Shown: piece by piece, positions 13,864 to 26,791 of the stretch
Numbering within the stretch: position 1 is the first letter of the stretch
Layout of the letters: every line of letters begins with the position of its first letter
DNA from: Octopus sinensis
Lineage: Eukaryota
DNA length: 64,000 bases
Assembly (NCBI RefSeq): GCF_006345805.1
Contig: NC_043003.1
Span: 68,324,001-68,388,000, forward strand
Direction of reading: 5' to 3'
Notes under the pieces: generated by a model
Told to the model about the DNA's origin: nothing
Databases searched by the model: none
What the model saw: the letters and a program-made list of their open reading frames with translations, nothing else
Program-made: the position numbers and the translations under genes

Positions 13864-15159
13864 TACGAGGGGCGTTCAATAAGTAATGCCCCTGACCCAC
13901 TTCCCATAGCAGTAGAGCAACGAAACTTGGCACAATTATTAGTCTTTTTCTACATAGGAACCACCCAGAGTTACGCATTTCTCACATCGTTTGATGCAGC
14001 TCTGAAGACCGTTTTTGTAGAAGACCCCAGCTTGGTCCTCCAACCACGACGTGACTTCAGAAATCAAGGCTGCATCATCTTGGAAACGCTTTCCTTTCAA
14101 AAACAACTTCATGGTTGGGAAGAGGTGAAAATCAGAGGGTGCAAGGTCAGGAGAGTAGGGGGGATGGGTGATGAGTTCATAGCTGCACGCCTGTGCTTCT
14201 GATCTGGCGACACGCAGGTTGTGAACCGGAGCGTTGTCCTGCAAGAGGAGGATGCCTTTGCTGATCTTGCCCCGCCTCTTGATTTTGATAGCTGCTCTTA
14301 ATTTCCTCAAAAGTGAAGCATAATAGGCTCCTGTAATTGTGGCACCCTTTGCCAGGAAATCTGTCATCAGTACTCCGTCCTGGTCCCAGAAGACTGTGAG
14401 CATGACCTTGCCAGCAGAAGGCTGCACCCTTGCCTTCTTTGGAGGAGGTGAGTCACGGTGTGTCCACTGCATTGACGGGGCTTTGGTCTCTGGATCATAG
14501 TGATGGACCCAGGTTTCACCCTGTGTAATCAGTCTTTTGAAATATTTTGACTCATCTTCTTGGCACATCTCCAAATTCATCCTCGAGTAATCGACACGTT
14601 CTTGCTTCTGGAAAGATGTGAGCAACCTGAGAACCCATCTGGCAGACACCTTTTGCATATGCAAATGGTTATGAATGATAGTTTCCACAGACCCGGTACT
14701 AATCTTGACCTCATGGGCTATTTGGCGAATAGTTATGCGTCGATCTTCCAAAATGGCAGCCTCAACATGACGGACAGATGCCTCATCAATGACAGAAGGG
14801 GGCGACCAGATCTGGAAGCTGTTTCCACAGAGTTCCGACCATGTTTGAATTCACGATGCCAGCGTTTTACAAGGTCATATGATGGGGCATCATCACCATA
14901 AGTTACTTTCATTTCATCAAAAGTCTCCCGTGTTGTGCGTTCTTTCAAATACAAAAACCGTATCACTGCTCGACACTCAACAGGCTCCATTTCACACTTG
15001 ACTCAGTTCAAACACTTGTGAATCAGAAACCACAATTAGTCCAGAGCTGTAATTTGCCACTTAATCTATAAAAATATACGTAATTGTACATGCAAAATTT
15101 CAGCGAGATCAAATAACTGCAAGTGGGTCAGAAGCATTACTTATTGAACGCCCCTCGTA
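13864..15159 (-). mobile_element. Full-length mariner (DD34D, irritans-like) with TIRs and TA TSD
   Basis: TA-CGAGGGGCGTTCAATAAGTAATGC..CTGACCCACTT at 13864 and its inverse ending 15159; about 1.3 kb. Confidence 0.97.
13939..14990 (-). pseudogene. Mariner transposase with one frameshift and a first-Asp substitution
   Basis: ORFs 14733-14990 and 13939-14751 join via a 1-nt shift in a G5 run near 14800; motifs KVSARWVLR, TQGETW (G in place of catalytic D), QDNA, and YSPDLAPSD with 34-residue spacing. Confidence 0.93.
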
Positions 15160-15263
15160 GATGCATTACTATATGGTGTGTATATACATATATATATACA
15201 TAAATACGTATATAATATCTAAATATACATATACACGCACACACACACACGCACACACACACA

Positions 15264-15354
<91 letters not shown>

Positions 15355-15360
15355 AATACT

Positions 15361-16285
15361 GTCGGCCGGAATCGTACTTTATTGAATTCTTTTGAACTAT
15401 CTTCATTCTTTCTTCTGTATTCGTTTTGTTTTTGCTTCGAACTTTTTTGAACTTGTGTTGACTTTTGGGTTTCAAAATCATGGCAAAGAAAGCTGATGAG
15501 GTGTTAGAGTGGGAAATTGCCCTACCCAAACAGTGGATAAAAAGTCTTGAGGAGAGAACGATGGTGCTGCGGACGTACTCCAAGTCGCTCGACACTATCA
15601 CCTTCTTCAAAAAGATTGATATAGAGAGAAAGTTGGCGGAATATATACCAACTATAAAATTTATTCCCAGGGGTGTCAAATATGCGACGGTGTGGTTGAT
15701 ATTTCACATTCTTGAAGAGGCTCGCAGTTTTGCGAGTCAGCCCTTTAAAGGGCGTAGAGATATTGTTCCTTCTCGCGTAATTGCGGGAAGAAGTTGACAA
15801 GAGTTTGAGTTTGCGGGTTGCTGCCCGGGATAGAACCTGAGTGAATAGAAGATACTATTCGCCAAGCTCCTCAGTGTGAAAATTTTGCCTGCGGCTGATT
15901 AGGTGGCGTCAAAAGCTATTTTGACCCTATGGACCCAATCAGCCAAGAATCTGGTGTTTCCAGATTTCCTTAAAATGGCCGGTTGTAGGTATCCGGTGAT
16001 TCTTGAGGGACGCCCCCCCTCCAAGTATCACCTGTGCCTGGAACCAGGCTACATTAAAAATAACAGTCCCCGGGACGAAAGTAAGGTCCTGGAACAGTTA
16101 GTGATGGAAGAACCCCCAACCCTGAAAAAAGGGAAAGGGAAGAAGATGGGCAACTATGGTTGCCCACCGAAGGACTCCAAGGCTGCAAGAGGGAGGGAAG
16201 ATGCTCCGGTTGAAGCAGAGGAACTACACCCTCCCGTACCAAAAGGGAGAAAAAAAGAAAACGGGTCATTGCCGGCGGTCAATAT
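15361..16285 (+). mobile_element. 5' portion of an L1/Tx1-like non-LTR element (5'UTR plus broken ORF1)
   Basis: T-rich leader, ATG at 15480, frameshifted ORF ending VILEGRPP-KYHLCLEPGYIKNNSP (decayed CCHC knuckle) then a K/E/P-rich tail. Confidence 0.65.
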
Positions 16286-16452
16286 ACTGCCGGCATGCAA
16301 TATTTATTTCATAAGTTTGATAAATTTAGTTCCGTTTACGCAAGAAGACCTAAGTTGTGCAGTATTATATCTTTCTCCGGATGAGTCATTGTACAGTCAC
16401 GCACAATGGGGGATATCAAGCATGATTTATTAGTAATTAAATAAGCAATCCA

Positions 16453-17067
16453 TCACAACCGTCCAAAGTGTTGGCCATGTAGCACTAAACTATTGTTTAT
16501 ACGGAATTTGGAATTGCGATGGACTCTCTCAAATAGCTCTTCATTGCCGATGACTTGTTCACACTCTTCAACAATTCTTTCAATTGGTCCACGAGTATTT
16601 TCAGAATACACAAGGGATTTAATGTAGCCCCAGAAGAAAAGATGCATAGGAATTAAATGTGGTCAGCGTGGTGCCCATTCAATTGGCCCGCGACGCTCGA
16701 GCCATCTCCCTGGAAAACGTTGATTTAGAAAATCACGAACCTGTAATGCATAAATCCTGTCCGCTTTCAGCAGGCAGGATTTACCCTCCCAAGTGAATGT
16801 ACGTGAAACATCATCTTGTTGCCAAGTACGATCAGGTACGAATCACCTGTCAAAGAGCTCTCAAAATAAAATGGTCTAATTATTTTATTGTGCCAAATCA
16901 CACACCACCCCATTACCTTGCCCTCGCCTCGTTGATTATTTGCTTCCATCCAATGAGGATTTGTTTGTGAGTAATATCGTCAGTTGTGAAAAGAGATTTA
17001 AAAAAAGAGAAAGTTAACAAGTTCAGATGTTGCAGGAGATTGTGCTTGACTTTATGGCCACCCTGTA
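16453..17067 (-). mobile_element. Decayed Tc1-like transposon, rosa/DD41D-like
   Basis: TIR TACAGGGTGGCCATAAAGTC at 17067; KVMGWCVIW..KIIRPFYFE..LTGDSYL and VRDFLNQRFPGRWLERRGPIEWAPR..HLFFWGYIKSLVY. Confidence 0.8.
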
Positions 17068-17282
17068 TATATATTGCCAGTAAAAGAGAATAAAGACCAA
17101 AAATATTATTCTTCAGAATTTTCTGCACTGTCACTATGTCTGTTCGTGGGAATTCAGTTAAGGGAAAACTTCAAGACAGCTATTACAAGTAGGAATGTAT
17201 TCTTTAAATATTTAGAAGCATGGCGGTGCCCCAGCATGGCCACAACTCGTGAGCTGAAACTAGATAAAATTTAAAAATATAA

Positions 17283-17845
17283 ATTTACTTACTTCTTTCA
17301 GTAATTTGCATAGATGTTTGTTTTTTTAATTCTTCGTTATTCCTAGTCTCCTGCATTAGCTCATTTCTCTACTCTTCCGTGACAAGAATTCATGAATGTA
17401 GAATTATAAGATTATTTGGGTTTTCATAAGTGTATGCATGTATTGGTTCCTGTTTACATCTATTCCTTATTATCTAATATCACTTCAAAGATCTCGCTTA
17501 TACAGGGCTTGCAAGACCTCCTGTCATCCTGGTAAAGCTTCCCTGTACATAGAATGAACCAATTAACGTAATTAATTTTAAGGTAGCAACCTGGCAAAAT
17601 CGTTAACACGGCGGGAATAATGCTTATCGTTTACATTTCATCGAAGGTCCACTTTGCATCATATCATTTCGGGGTCGATAAATATGTTTCAGTTGCGCGA
17701 TGGAGTTAATGCAATCCACTTATGCCCTCCACCGGAATATTTAGAATCGTTTACTTATTTCTTTCAGTAATTTGCATAGATGTTTGCTTTTTAATACTTC
17801 GCTATTCCTAGTCTCCTGCATTAGCAAATGTAGCTCATTTCTCTG
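17283..17845. repeat. About 90-bp direct repeat (17283-17370 and 17750-17845) around a decayed family B SINE (17580-17745)
   Basis: TTTACTTA.TTCTTTCAGTAATTTGCATAGATGTTTG...CCTAGTCTCCTGCATTAGC occurs twice. Confidence 0.85.
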
Positions 17846-18431
17846 CCAAAATTCGAATCCTCTACGACAACTAGTTATCTTGAATTTCAGAGAATTAATT
17901 TATTCTGCTAGCGATGGGGAACATATTAATTTTTCATTAAGGTGAGTATATGCAAAGAGTTCTTCTAGTTAACAGGATTAATTGTAGATATGATGTACAA
18001 AAGGGTAGCGTTATCCGTATATCCACTGGTACACCTTGTCCTTATGAACACAATCCCTATCCAAGGGGCAGGCATACTTAGATTTGAAATTACAATTATA
18101 TTCTTTGCTTAAAAGATCAGATGATTGTGTAGAAGACCCAAAATATGTATTACGTAACTGAGGTGTAATAAAGTTGTTGGCCTGTTTTAACTAGCGCTTT
18201 AGCAGGAGTGGTCAGAGTTTAGATACACCGCACAAAGAAAGCGAACACAGTTTAGATCGTTATGGAAAATAATTGCATAATATCAGAGTAAAAGCAAAAT
18301 CAAATGTTCATGTTCAGATAATTATGTAAAATATCGATGTTTCCGGTAATTATGCAAAATGATACTTACATAAAACTATCCTCTTCCGTCAAACATTTCC
18401 AAAGAGAATTTCCTTAATATTTCCCTTAAAA

Positions 18432-18620
18432 TTCTATATTTGAGAGATGAGGAATTATGTAGATTATTTACAATATTTACATTTCACGGATATTTGTCCT
18501 CATCCTGTTTGTTGTTAGCAAAACGTTTCGGCTGATATACCCTCCAGCATTCATCAGGTATCTTGGGGAAACTTCGATCCTGGTTTCTCATTCCTAAGGT
18601 ATTTTTCGATGTTGTTGTTG

Positions 18621-18711
<91 letters not shown>

Positions 18712-18777
18712 GGTCACTACGCCATATGCCCGTGGATATATGGCGTAGTTGTTAAGAGCGCGGGCTACTAACCCCAA

Positions 18778-18821
<44 letters not shown>

Positions 18822-18969
18822 TCGAAAAAATACCTTAGGAATAAGAATCCAGGTTCGAAATTTTCCAAAGACACCTGATGAAAGCTGGAGGGAATATCAG
18901 ACGAAACGTTGTGTTAACAACCAACGAGATGAGGACAAATATCCGTCAAATGTAAACAATGTAAATAAT
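18432..18969. mobile_element. Head-to-head palindromic element: tRNA-like head + (AAT)n + hammerhead-bearing PLE-like tail
   Basis: Inverted arms 18463-18731 and 18732-18969; centre holds TGGCGTAGT A-box-like heads in both orientations; HHR motif in each arm. Confidence 0.85.
18870..18915 (+). ncRNA. Minimal type I hammerhead ribozyme motif (inverse copy at 18517-18562)
   Basis: GACAC-CTGATGA-A-(AGCTG..CAGAC)-GAAA-CGTT^GTGTT: stem I GACAC/GTGTT, palindromic ACGT stem III. Confidence 0.75.
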
Positions 18970-19077
18970 GGATATTTCCCTTTCCTAATAAACGAAGATA
19001 CATCTTATGCTATACACGGAACATTCACTCACAATTGTTTAAAAAATCATATTACTTATATAGCTGTATTGTTAAAG

Positions 19078-20267
19078 TATAAAATACTCAAATGTCACCG
19101 GTAACGCTCTCTGTGTGACAAGCCCGTTGTAGTTCGGGCTCCGCCGCTAGAATCCACTTGATGCGATCATCAGGCATCAGTCTGTCGACCAGCATCATAG
19201 GCTGGAGTCCTACTACCACATGGTGCGTCTTTGTTTTACTGTGCTTCTCACCTGTTCGTCGAATTTTGCGATGGCTGAAACAAAGGGTCAGCGTACTTAA
19301 GTGAAATTCAGTTTGCTGCTGAGGAAAAAACGGCAGCCGAAACAGTTGTGATGCTTCAAGCAGCTTACAAGTACGCTGCAATGAGCAAAACATAAGTTTA
19401 CGAGTGGTTTTCACGCTTTAGGATTGGTCACTTGTTGCTTCAAAAAACGAACCTTGCTCAGGACGATCGTCAACCTCCCGAGCGAATGAGACCATCATGA
19501 AATTTCATGAACTGATCTTGGAGGACCGTCACCGAAATCTTGACGAACTTGTTGATATAACTGGTGTGTCCTGGAGCTCCTGTCAACGAATTTTGAGAGA
19601 TGAATTGCAAATGAAAAGAGTTGCACGGAAATTTGTGTCTCGCTTGTTTATGGAAGATCAAAAGCAGTCATGAGTGAATAGGTGTCGTGAAGTAAGAGAA
19701 CAGTTGGAAATTGACACAAACCATTTTTTCGACGGTCATCACTGGTGATGAAAGCTGGTGCTAAGGAATATATAGCAATGGAAGACGAGAAAAAAAAGCG
19801 ATGAAGTCATCACCTCACAAGAGTTCCAGCACTGTTTTGGACAGTGGAAAACGCTCCTGAGCCGATGCATTGCTTCGGCAATACATCGGCCCAGGCGCGT
19901 TTTCCCACTGCACCGGGTTTCTCTCAATCTAAAGCTACTGCACACATAATTTTTTCCTTCCTGAATTTTTTCACCCGAGTAATGTTGAATAGAATAATTA
20001 AAGTAGAAAGCAATTACTTGCCTTGCATCGAATAATGGGAAGTAGTGACACTGATTCTTCAATATGAATAATAACAGCGAAAGAAATTAATTCTGGTGTG
20101 CGTTCTGTATAAAGGGTAAAGACCTCCTTCGGTCATGAATGGCCAAGGATTGTACCTAGAAAGTTCCCTTGGAGAATACTTTGAAGGGGATGAAATTGTA
20201 AACATGTAAAACTAAGTGAATAAAATAATCCTGCAAATTTCCGGTTTCCTTTGAGTAACCCCTCGTA
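19078..20267 (+). mobile_element. Decayed, internally deleted mariner carrying a 290-bp insertion
   Basis: GKTAAETVVMLQAAY, VYEWFSRFR, QMKRVARKFVSRL, TVITGDESWC, FQHCFGQWK..RCIASA|GEYFEGD; right TIR CCGGTTTCCTTTGAGTAACCCCTCGTA. Confidence 0.9.
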
Positions 20268-21134
20268 TATGGTACAATTCTTGTCAAATATGTACTCTCA
20301 ACCCCTACCTACAGACATATACGTACTCTTAGTAAAATTGGACGTTATAAATTTGGAAATATTGAATTCAGTGCTGGAGAAACCAAATGCCTTTGAACAG
20401 TTCTCATGATTAATACTGAATATTTTTGAAATTTCGAATCTGCTGGAAATAAAATATGCACCGATTTTCTCTCAATCTAATGCTACATCACCCATTATTT
20501 TTCTTTCCTGAATCTTTTTTCACCTGACTAATGTTGAATAGAATAATTAAAATAGAAAGCAATTACTTGGCTTGCCTCGCAAAATGTTTAATTACCCGAA
20601 GAGTAACATACATTGTTTTTTTTTAATCTATAAAATAAATTAATCATTATTCCTAGCGTCTTCATTTAGAATTTTAGGGTTGATTACATAATTCGAAGCA
20701 GCAAATAATTTTTCCACTTCATGCTTGAAAAAGGAAATACTTGCAAATGGTTTTAGCATGGGACAATTTCTTTTCGCTCTTACCGGAAGGCTTACTCTAA
20801 CTCTTCCAGTGCTTACCTTGTTTAATTGCATTCAGTTAAAATTTGGCACATCAAAGTCTTTCATGTAACGGACAAAAGCAGCTGGCCTAAAATAGAAACA
20901 ACGCTCCGGGCAAATTCACTTTGACACCGAGTTTCGATTCACTGTTGAAGCCACATTAAATCTTTCTAATCTCTTTGTGGTATTTCTTTCCATTTCCTTC
21001 TCAAAGTAAATCTGTCGCCTTCTTATCTTGGAGAACAAATCGATAATCTCAGTGAAATAAGAGATTGGTTAAGTCGGTGTAATTTTCAGCTGATCGATAC
21101 ACTTATACATTTACGTATATATAAATATATATAT

Positions 21135-21197
<63 letters not shown>

Positions 21198-21225
21198 CGT
21201 GTGTGTGTGGGTGTATCATGTGTGT

Positions 21226-21264
<39 letters not shown>

Positions 21265-21749
21265 ATCTGTATGTTTATATATACATATGCATCTAAGCAT
21301 ATACATATAATCGCATATATTTACAAATATATATATATATATATGTGTGTGTGTGTACGCCTACACATGTGTACACACTCACCAAAGTGTGTATGTGCAT
21401 GCGTGCGCGGTCGCATTCAAATATATTGCGTCACATACACAGTATGATGAGTCGAAAATCTTCGATTATTTGAAATTGCAATTAAAGAAAAGTACCCGCA
21501 AGGATTCTGAAGATAATAGAAATAACAAGCAAAACGTTAACTTCTATTCTACCATCTAATACTATTTTTGTTAATGAAACCCGTTGTTGCAAGCAAAACA
21601 TTGTCTTTCGATATTTCAGCAGCAGAGTATATTCACCTCATTTGGTAAGACAGACAAATGCCCAGTGCATCGAGTAATATGTTGTAGGGACACTGATTCT
21701 TCAATATAAATAATAAAAGCGAAATAAATTAATCCTGGTGTGCGTTCTT

Positions 21750-22022
21750 TATAAAGGATAAAGGCCTCCTTCGGTCATGAATGACCTTGGGATTGCACAA
21801 GGCGCAAGTCCGGGAAAGGTTGCTCATGGAAGACTTGTAGTGTTCCATGTATACTAGCCTCCCATCTACACGTCACTGATGTTATCCTAGGGAAAGGCAG
21901 AGGCCGATACATCTTGACACAATTGAATAGCAACTCATTTCTACAGCTGAGTAAAGTGGAGTAACATGAAATAAAGTGCCTTGCTGAAGAACACAAAACA
22001 CAGCTCAGTCCAGGAATCGATT
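21750..22022 (-). mobile_element. SINE family D (CORE-like middle), 5'-decayed
   Basis: Reverse complement TCGATTCCTGG...GTTCTTCAGCAAGGCACTTTATTTC..CTCAGCTGTAGAAATG; tail CATTCATGACCGAAGG also present at 20110-20170. Confidence 0.7.
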
Positions 22023-23944
22023 GTGACGTTCCAACCAAGCCCGACGTTCTAACAAAGCTCGACGTCCTGAGCCAAGCCCAACGTTCGCAGTCAAGTCTTA
22101 CTTACATAATCTGGTGAACTGAATGTTATTTATTGTTTTTAATTGTAAGAGTAGTTTCGTATCTTCCTTGTAAGTATGGTTTTGTATTAAGTGTATTAGT
22201 ATAATGCTGTAATAACAATAATAGAATGTCTACCGCTTATGTTGAAACCGGAATTACGTTAAAATAGTAATTCAATATTTGATTTCCTTTCAGTTGTTAT
22301 TATACGACACAAAAGTGAATGAGTGCAATCATTATTATGCACAGATGTTAAATACATTTGTTTGTATATTTTCTTACAAGTCTGTTAGTGGCATCACTCA
22401 TTGTGCTGTGACTAATGTTTAATTACAACCTTCCACTATTTTGTGTATCAATTGTATATCCAGTACTTATTTACGTCGATGCTTATTTTCTTGATCTCGT
22501 GGTCATAACTCCGAATCCCGTGGTTTAAAATGGCGTAAGATGAACATGTTTAGTTGTCGATGTTCATTAGTGTCTATTATTGTCAGGTAACCCGCTCAAA
22601 GTATTTTCAAGAAATCTTTCTACTATTATTATCGTGTGAGGTTTTTGAAACGTTTATGTTAAAAACAGTTTCCAATTGGTTTACTGTAGATGACAAATTT
22701 GAACAGCGATCCGATGCTGGATTTTACACGACAAATGGCGAACTTGATACTCTAACATCCTTCAGATTGTTTAGCAAATATTAACTTTGTGTCCTGTTTG
22801 TCATTTGTTTCATAATTAACATGTGCCATTAACAGTCAGTCAACAGTTACTTCGATTTGATGCACATTTATAATCAGTAGGAAACGCTAGCAAACGTGAA
22901 AAAAAAAACGTCCTCTCCAATGTGACTAGAATCTGTTATGGGATATACATAAGGAAAATATGAAAAGATATATTACAGGTAACTCCTTCTCAACATAACA
23001 AAGTAGCAATCGTTGTAAAAAGAAATCCATACCTGTCTGATCTAAGCTCAATGAAAATAAAGCTGAAAAGTTGTTCCTTGGTTTTTAAGACCTTTTGAGA
23101 CAAGAAATTTGAAATGTGATAAATATGAATGTTCTGAAGAAATGTTCGAAAGAGGAGGATATACGGAAATACTCGTGTATTTTCTTTTGACTGAGAGGTG
23201 CGGGTCGGAAATATTCGGATAAGATATATATACCAGTTTTGAGTTAGAGGCAGCTCTCTATAATTTAAATAGTATCGATACCATATGCATAATATCTGTG
23301 TATTTTAAACGTTTTTTTAGGTTGCGGTGTTTCTAAGGAAAGTCATTTTAAAGACATAGAGTATTTTAATACACGATATCTTTCAAATCAAAGCGAAACG
23401 AATCACGCAAGAGGTGAAAAAGAACGACAACTTATCGGTGCTGTGTACTCAATTGGTACTCGAGATGAATTCAAATCGCTAGCGTAATAACGAATTCGAA
23501 TCGCAAAACAAAAATATCACTGCTTAAAAGCTTTAACAAAGTACATACATAAAGAATTAGAGAGCGAGTTTGTTGCACGTCTATATAAGAGACATGTTGC
23601 ACGTTGTTATTAACAAAACATACCGTGGTTTCATCCATTTATAAGCGGGTGTAACTGGTATTTTAATGTAATTTTGAAATGATTTTGATTGGTATTATTT
23701 TCATGCGGATTACATAGCTAACGTGGTCAGTCGTTTGTTGCATGACTTTTATAATGTTACTCTCATCATTCATATGCAATTAATCACTGGAGGTTACGTA
23801 ACTTTATAGAGACGTTTTACAAGTTTAGATTATGATCTGTATATAATTACATGAACGACTGTTATCTAACTAGAATTTTGGATATTATAATTAAAGAGAA
23901 GAGAATATATCTATCTCTCTCTCTCTCTCTCTCTCTCTCAATAT

Positions 23945-23999
<55 letters not shown>

Positions 24000-24003
<4 letters not shown>

Positions 24004-24111
24004 TGTGTGTGTGTGTGTGTCTGTGTGTGTGAGTGTATATTTGTGTATGCTAATATGTACGTATGTATGTATGTATGTATATATATATATCTATGTATAT
24101 GCATATATATG

Positions 24112-24145
<34 letters not shown>

Positions 24146-24967
24146 ATAGTTATACGTTGAAAGGAGTATACAGATTGTGATATATAATTAAGCCTAACAC
24201 ATTTTCAAATATTCCAAACGAAATTAATGCTACTCAAGTGAATGCTATTAATTTGAACTATATAATATGTGATCTATCACTGTAAATGTGAATTTTTGTT
24301 TGCTTTTATTTATTGTTTCGTTCTTTTCTTCTTTAATGCAATCCTCTCTCAGGAAACCAACTAAACATACTCTTATAATATAATACATATATTTCGATCT
24401 ATACAATATTCAAACTAACTTTGCAATATTGTGCTTGGAGGAATAGCTTTCAATTTGCATTTGATTTAAATACGACATTGATTTAAATGCAAACTTCTTC
24501 GAATTACCATACATTATTACAGGAACTCAACACAAATAAATTACACATGCTATATAAAATATCTGTCAGATGGTAGTACTTCACAAAACATATTCTCATA
24601 TGTTGGAAATATATCGTTTAGTTACGCAGAAAATCGTTTTGACATGTTGTCTGTATTAGTATGAAACAGATGCAGTTGTGTATCATGCTTGGTGCTGCAT
24701 CATTTTAAGTATTATTGCCGTTAAATGTCTTAAATAAAATGTAAAATTCTAGACTTGAAAGAAAATGGTGGCCGACTGCGACAACAGACGACGTTTCTTG
24801 TAATAGGCGCAGGATTGGCTGTGTGGAAAGTAGCTTGCTTACCAGCCACATGGTTTCGGGTTCAGTCCCACTGCGTGGCACCTTGGGCAAGTTTCTTCTA
24901 CTATAGCCTCGGGCCGACCAAAGCCGTGTCAGTGGATTTGGTAGGTGGAAACTGAAAGAAGCCCGTC

Positions 24968-25007
<40 letters not shown>

Positions 25008-25092
25008 CTGTGTGTGTGAGTGTATATTTGTGTATGCTAATATGTACGTATGTATGTATGTATGTATATATATATATCTATGTATATGCATA

Positions 25093-25132
<40 letters not shown>

Positions 25133-25942
25133 TACGTTGAAAGGAGTATACAGATTGTGATATATAATTAAGCCTAACACATTTTCAAATATTCCAAACG
25201 AAATTAATGCTACTCAAGTGAATGCTATTAATTTGAACTATATAATATGTGATCTATCACTGTAAATGTGAATTTTTGTTTGCTTTTATTTATTGTTTCG
25301 TTCTTTTCTTCTTTAATGCAATCCTCTCTCAGGAAACCAACTAAACATACTCTTATAATATAATACATATATTTCGATCTATACAATATTCAAACTAACT
25401 TTGCAATATTGTGCTTGGAGGAATAGCTTTCAATTTGCATTTGATTTAAATACGACATTGATTTAAATGCAAACTTCTTCGAATTACCATACATTATTAC
25501 AGGAACTCAACACAAATAAATTACACATGCTATATAAAATATCTGTCAGATGGTAGTACTTCACAAAACATATTCTCATATGTTGGAAATATATCGTTTA
25601 GTTACGCAGAAAATCGTTTTGACATGTTGTCTGTATTAGTATGAAACAGATGCAGTTGTGTATCATGCTTGGTGCTGCATCATTTTAAGTATTATTGCCG
25701 TTAAATGTCTTAAATAAAATGTAAAATTCTAGACTTGAAAGAAAATGGTGGCCGACTGCGACAACAGACGACGTTTCTTGTAATAGGCGCAGGATTGGCT
25801 GTGTGGAAAGTAGCTTGCTTACCAGCCACATGGTTTCGGGTTCAGTCCCACTGCGTGGCACCTTGGGCAAGTTTCTTCTACTATAGCCTCGGGCCGACCA
25901 AAGCCGTGTCAGTGGATTTGGTAGGTGGAAACTGAAAGAAGC

Positions 25943-25980
<38 letters not shown>
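24000..25980. repeat. 980-bp near-identical tandem duplication
   Basis: 24149-24970 recurs at 25129-25950 with period 980; identical ORF pairs 24705/25685 and 24755/25735. Confidence 0.97.
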
Positions 25981-26014
<34 letters not shown>

Positions 26015-26215
26015 TGTGTCTGTGTTTGTCTTACTACCATCGCTTGACAACCGATGCTGGTGTGTTTACGTCCCCGTAACGTAGCTTTTCGTTAATAGAG
26101 ACGCTAGAATAAGTACTGGGCTTACAAAGAATAAGTCCTGAGGTCGATTTGTTCGACTAAAGGACGTGATCCAGCATGGCCGCAGTCAAATGATTGAAAC
26201 AAATTCAAGAGTAAT
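25784..26215 (+). mobile_element. SINE family A, full length (head also duplicated at 24804-24968)
   Basis: A-box TGGCTGTGTGG, B-box-like GGTTCAGTCC, CORE-like ACCTTGGGCAAGT, internal (TA)n(TG)n, tail CCAGCATGGCCGCAGTCAAATGA. Confidence 0.93.
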
Positions 26216-26754
26216 AATTATAAAATGTTTCAAATTTGAATTCTACTTGAAGGAGAATGGCCTAGCATTTGGCGCACAGTCATTAATCGCAGAAATCATC
26301 TTTGCCTTATTGGTTTATTTTATTCATGGAAGCAACACACGTTTAGGGGTGCCAAATCTTCTAATCATTGCCTATTCTTTAGACAATGCATTTGACATGT
26401 AGAATTTGAGAATCTCATAAGGAAACATGCAAGTTATCCACAAAATTTGTTGGTCAAATTCGCACCATAAGAAAGCGGACAGGTGAACAAACATAGCGAG
26501 CCCTGGGCAAATAAGGTCCAAAATGCGTAGTGAAATTTGAAACCAGACAAAAATAAAATCGTTGGAGAATGTGCGGGAGAGGTGTACCGGGTGTCAGAAG
26601 TGGATATAAATCAGGGTGAAATATAAGTGATAGTTGGAATTAACAGAAGGTATATAAATATCTATTGAGCAGCAGCATCAGGGATTAAACGATTTGATAA
26701 ATAATGTATTTATTACCATATGTACATTATGACGTAATCGGGAGCTCATACACT

Positions 26755-26791
<37 letters not shown>

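Noticed and set aside
20817-20886. Minus-strand 70-nt segment with good splice signals (TTTTAG| ... AAG|GTAAGC)
   Set aside because: Stops in all three frames; could only be a non-coding or terminal exon and there is no supporting evidence.
22035-22087. Three repeats of about 19 bp (CAAGCCCGACGTTC-like)
   Set aside because: Short degenerate minisatellite without unique spacers; not CRISPR-like.
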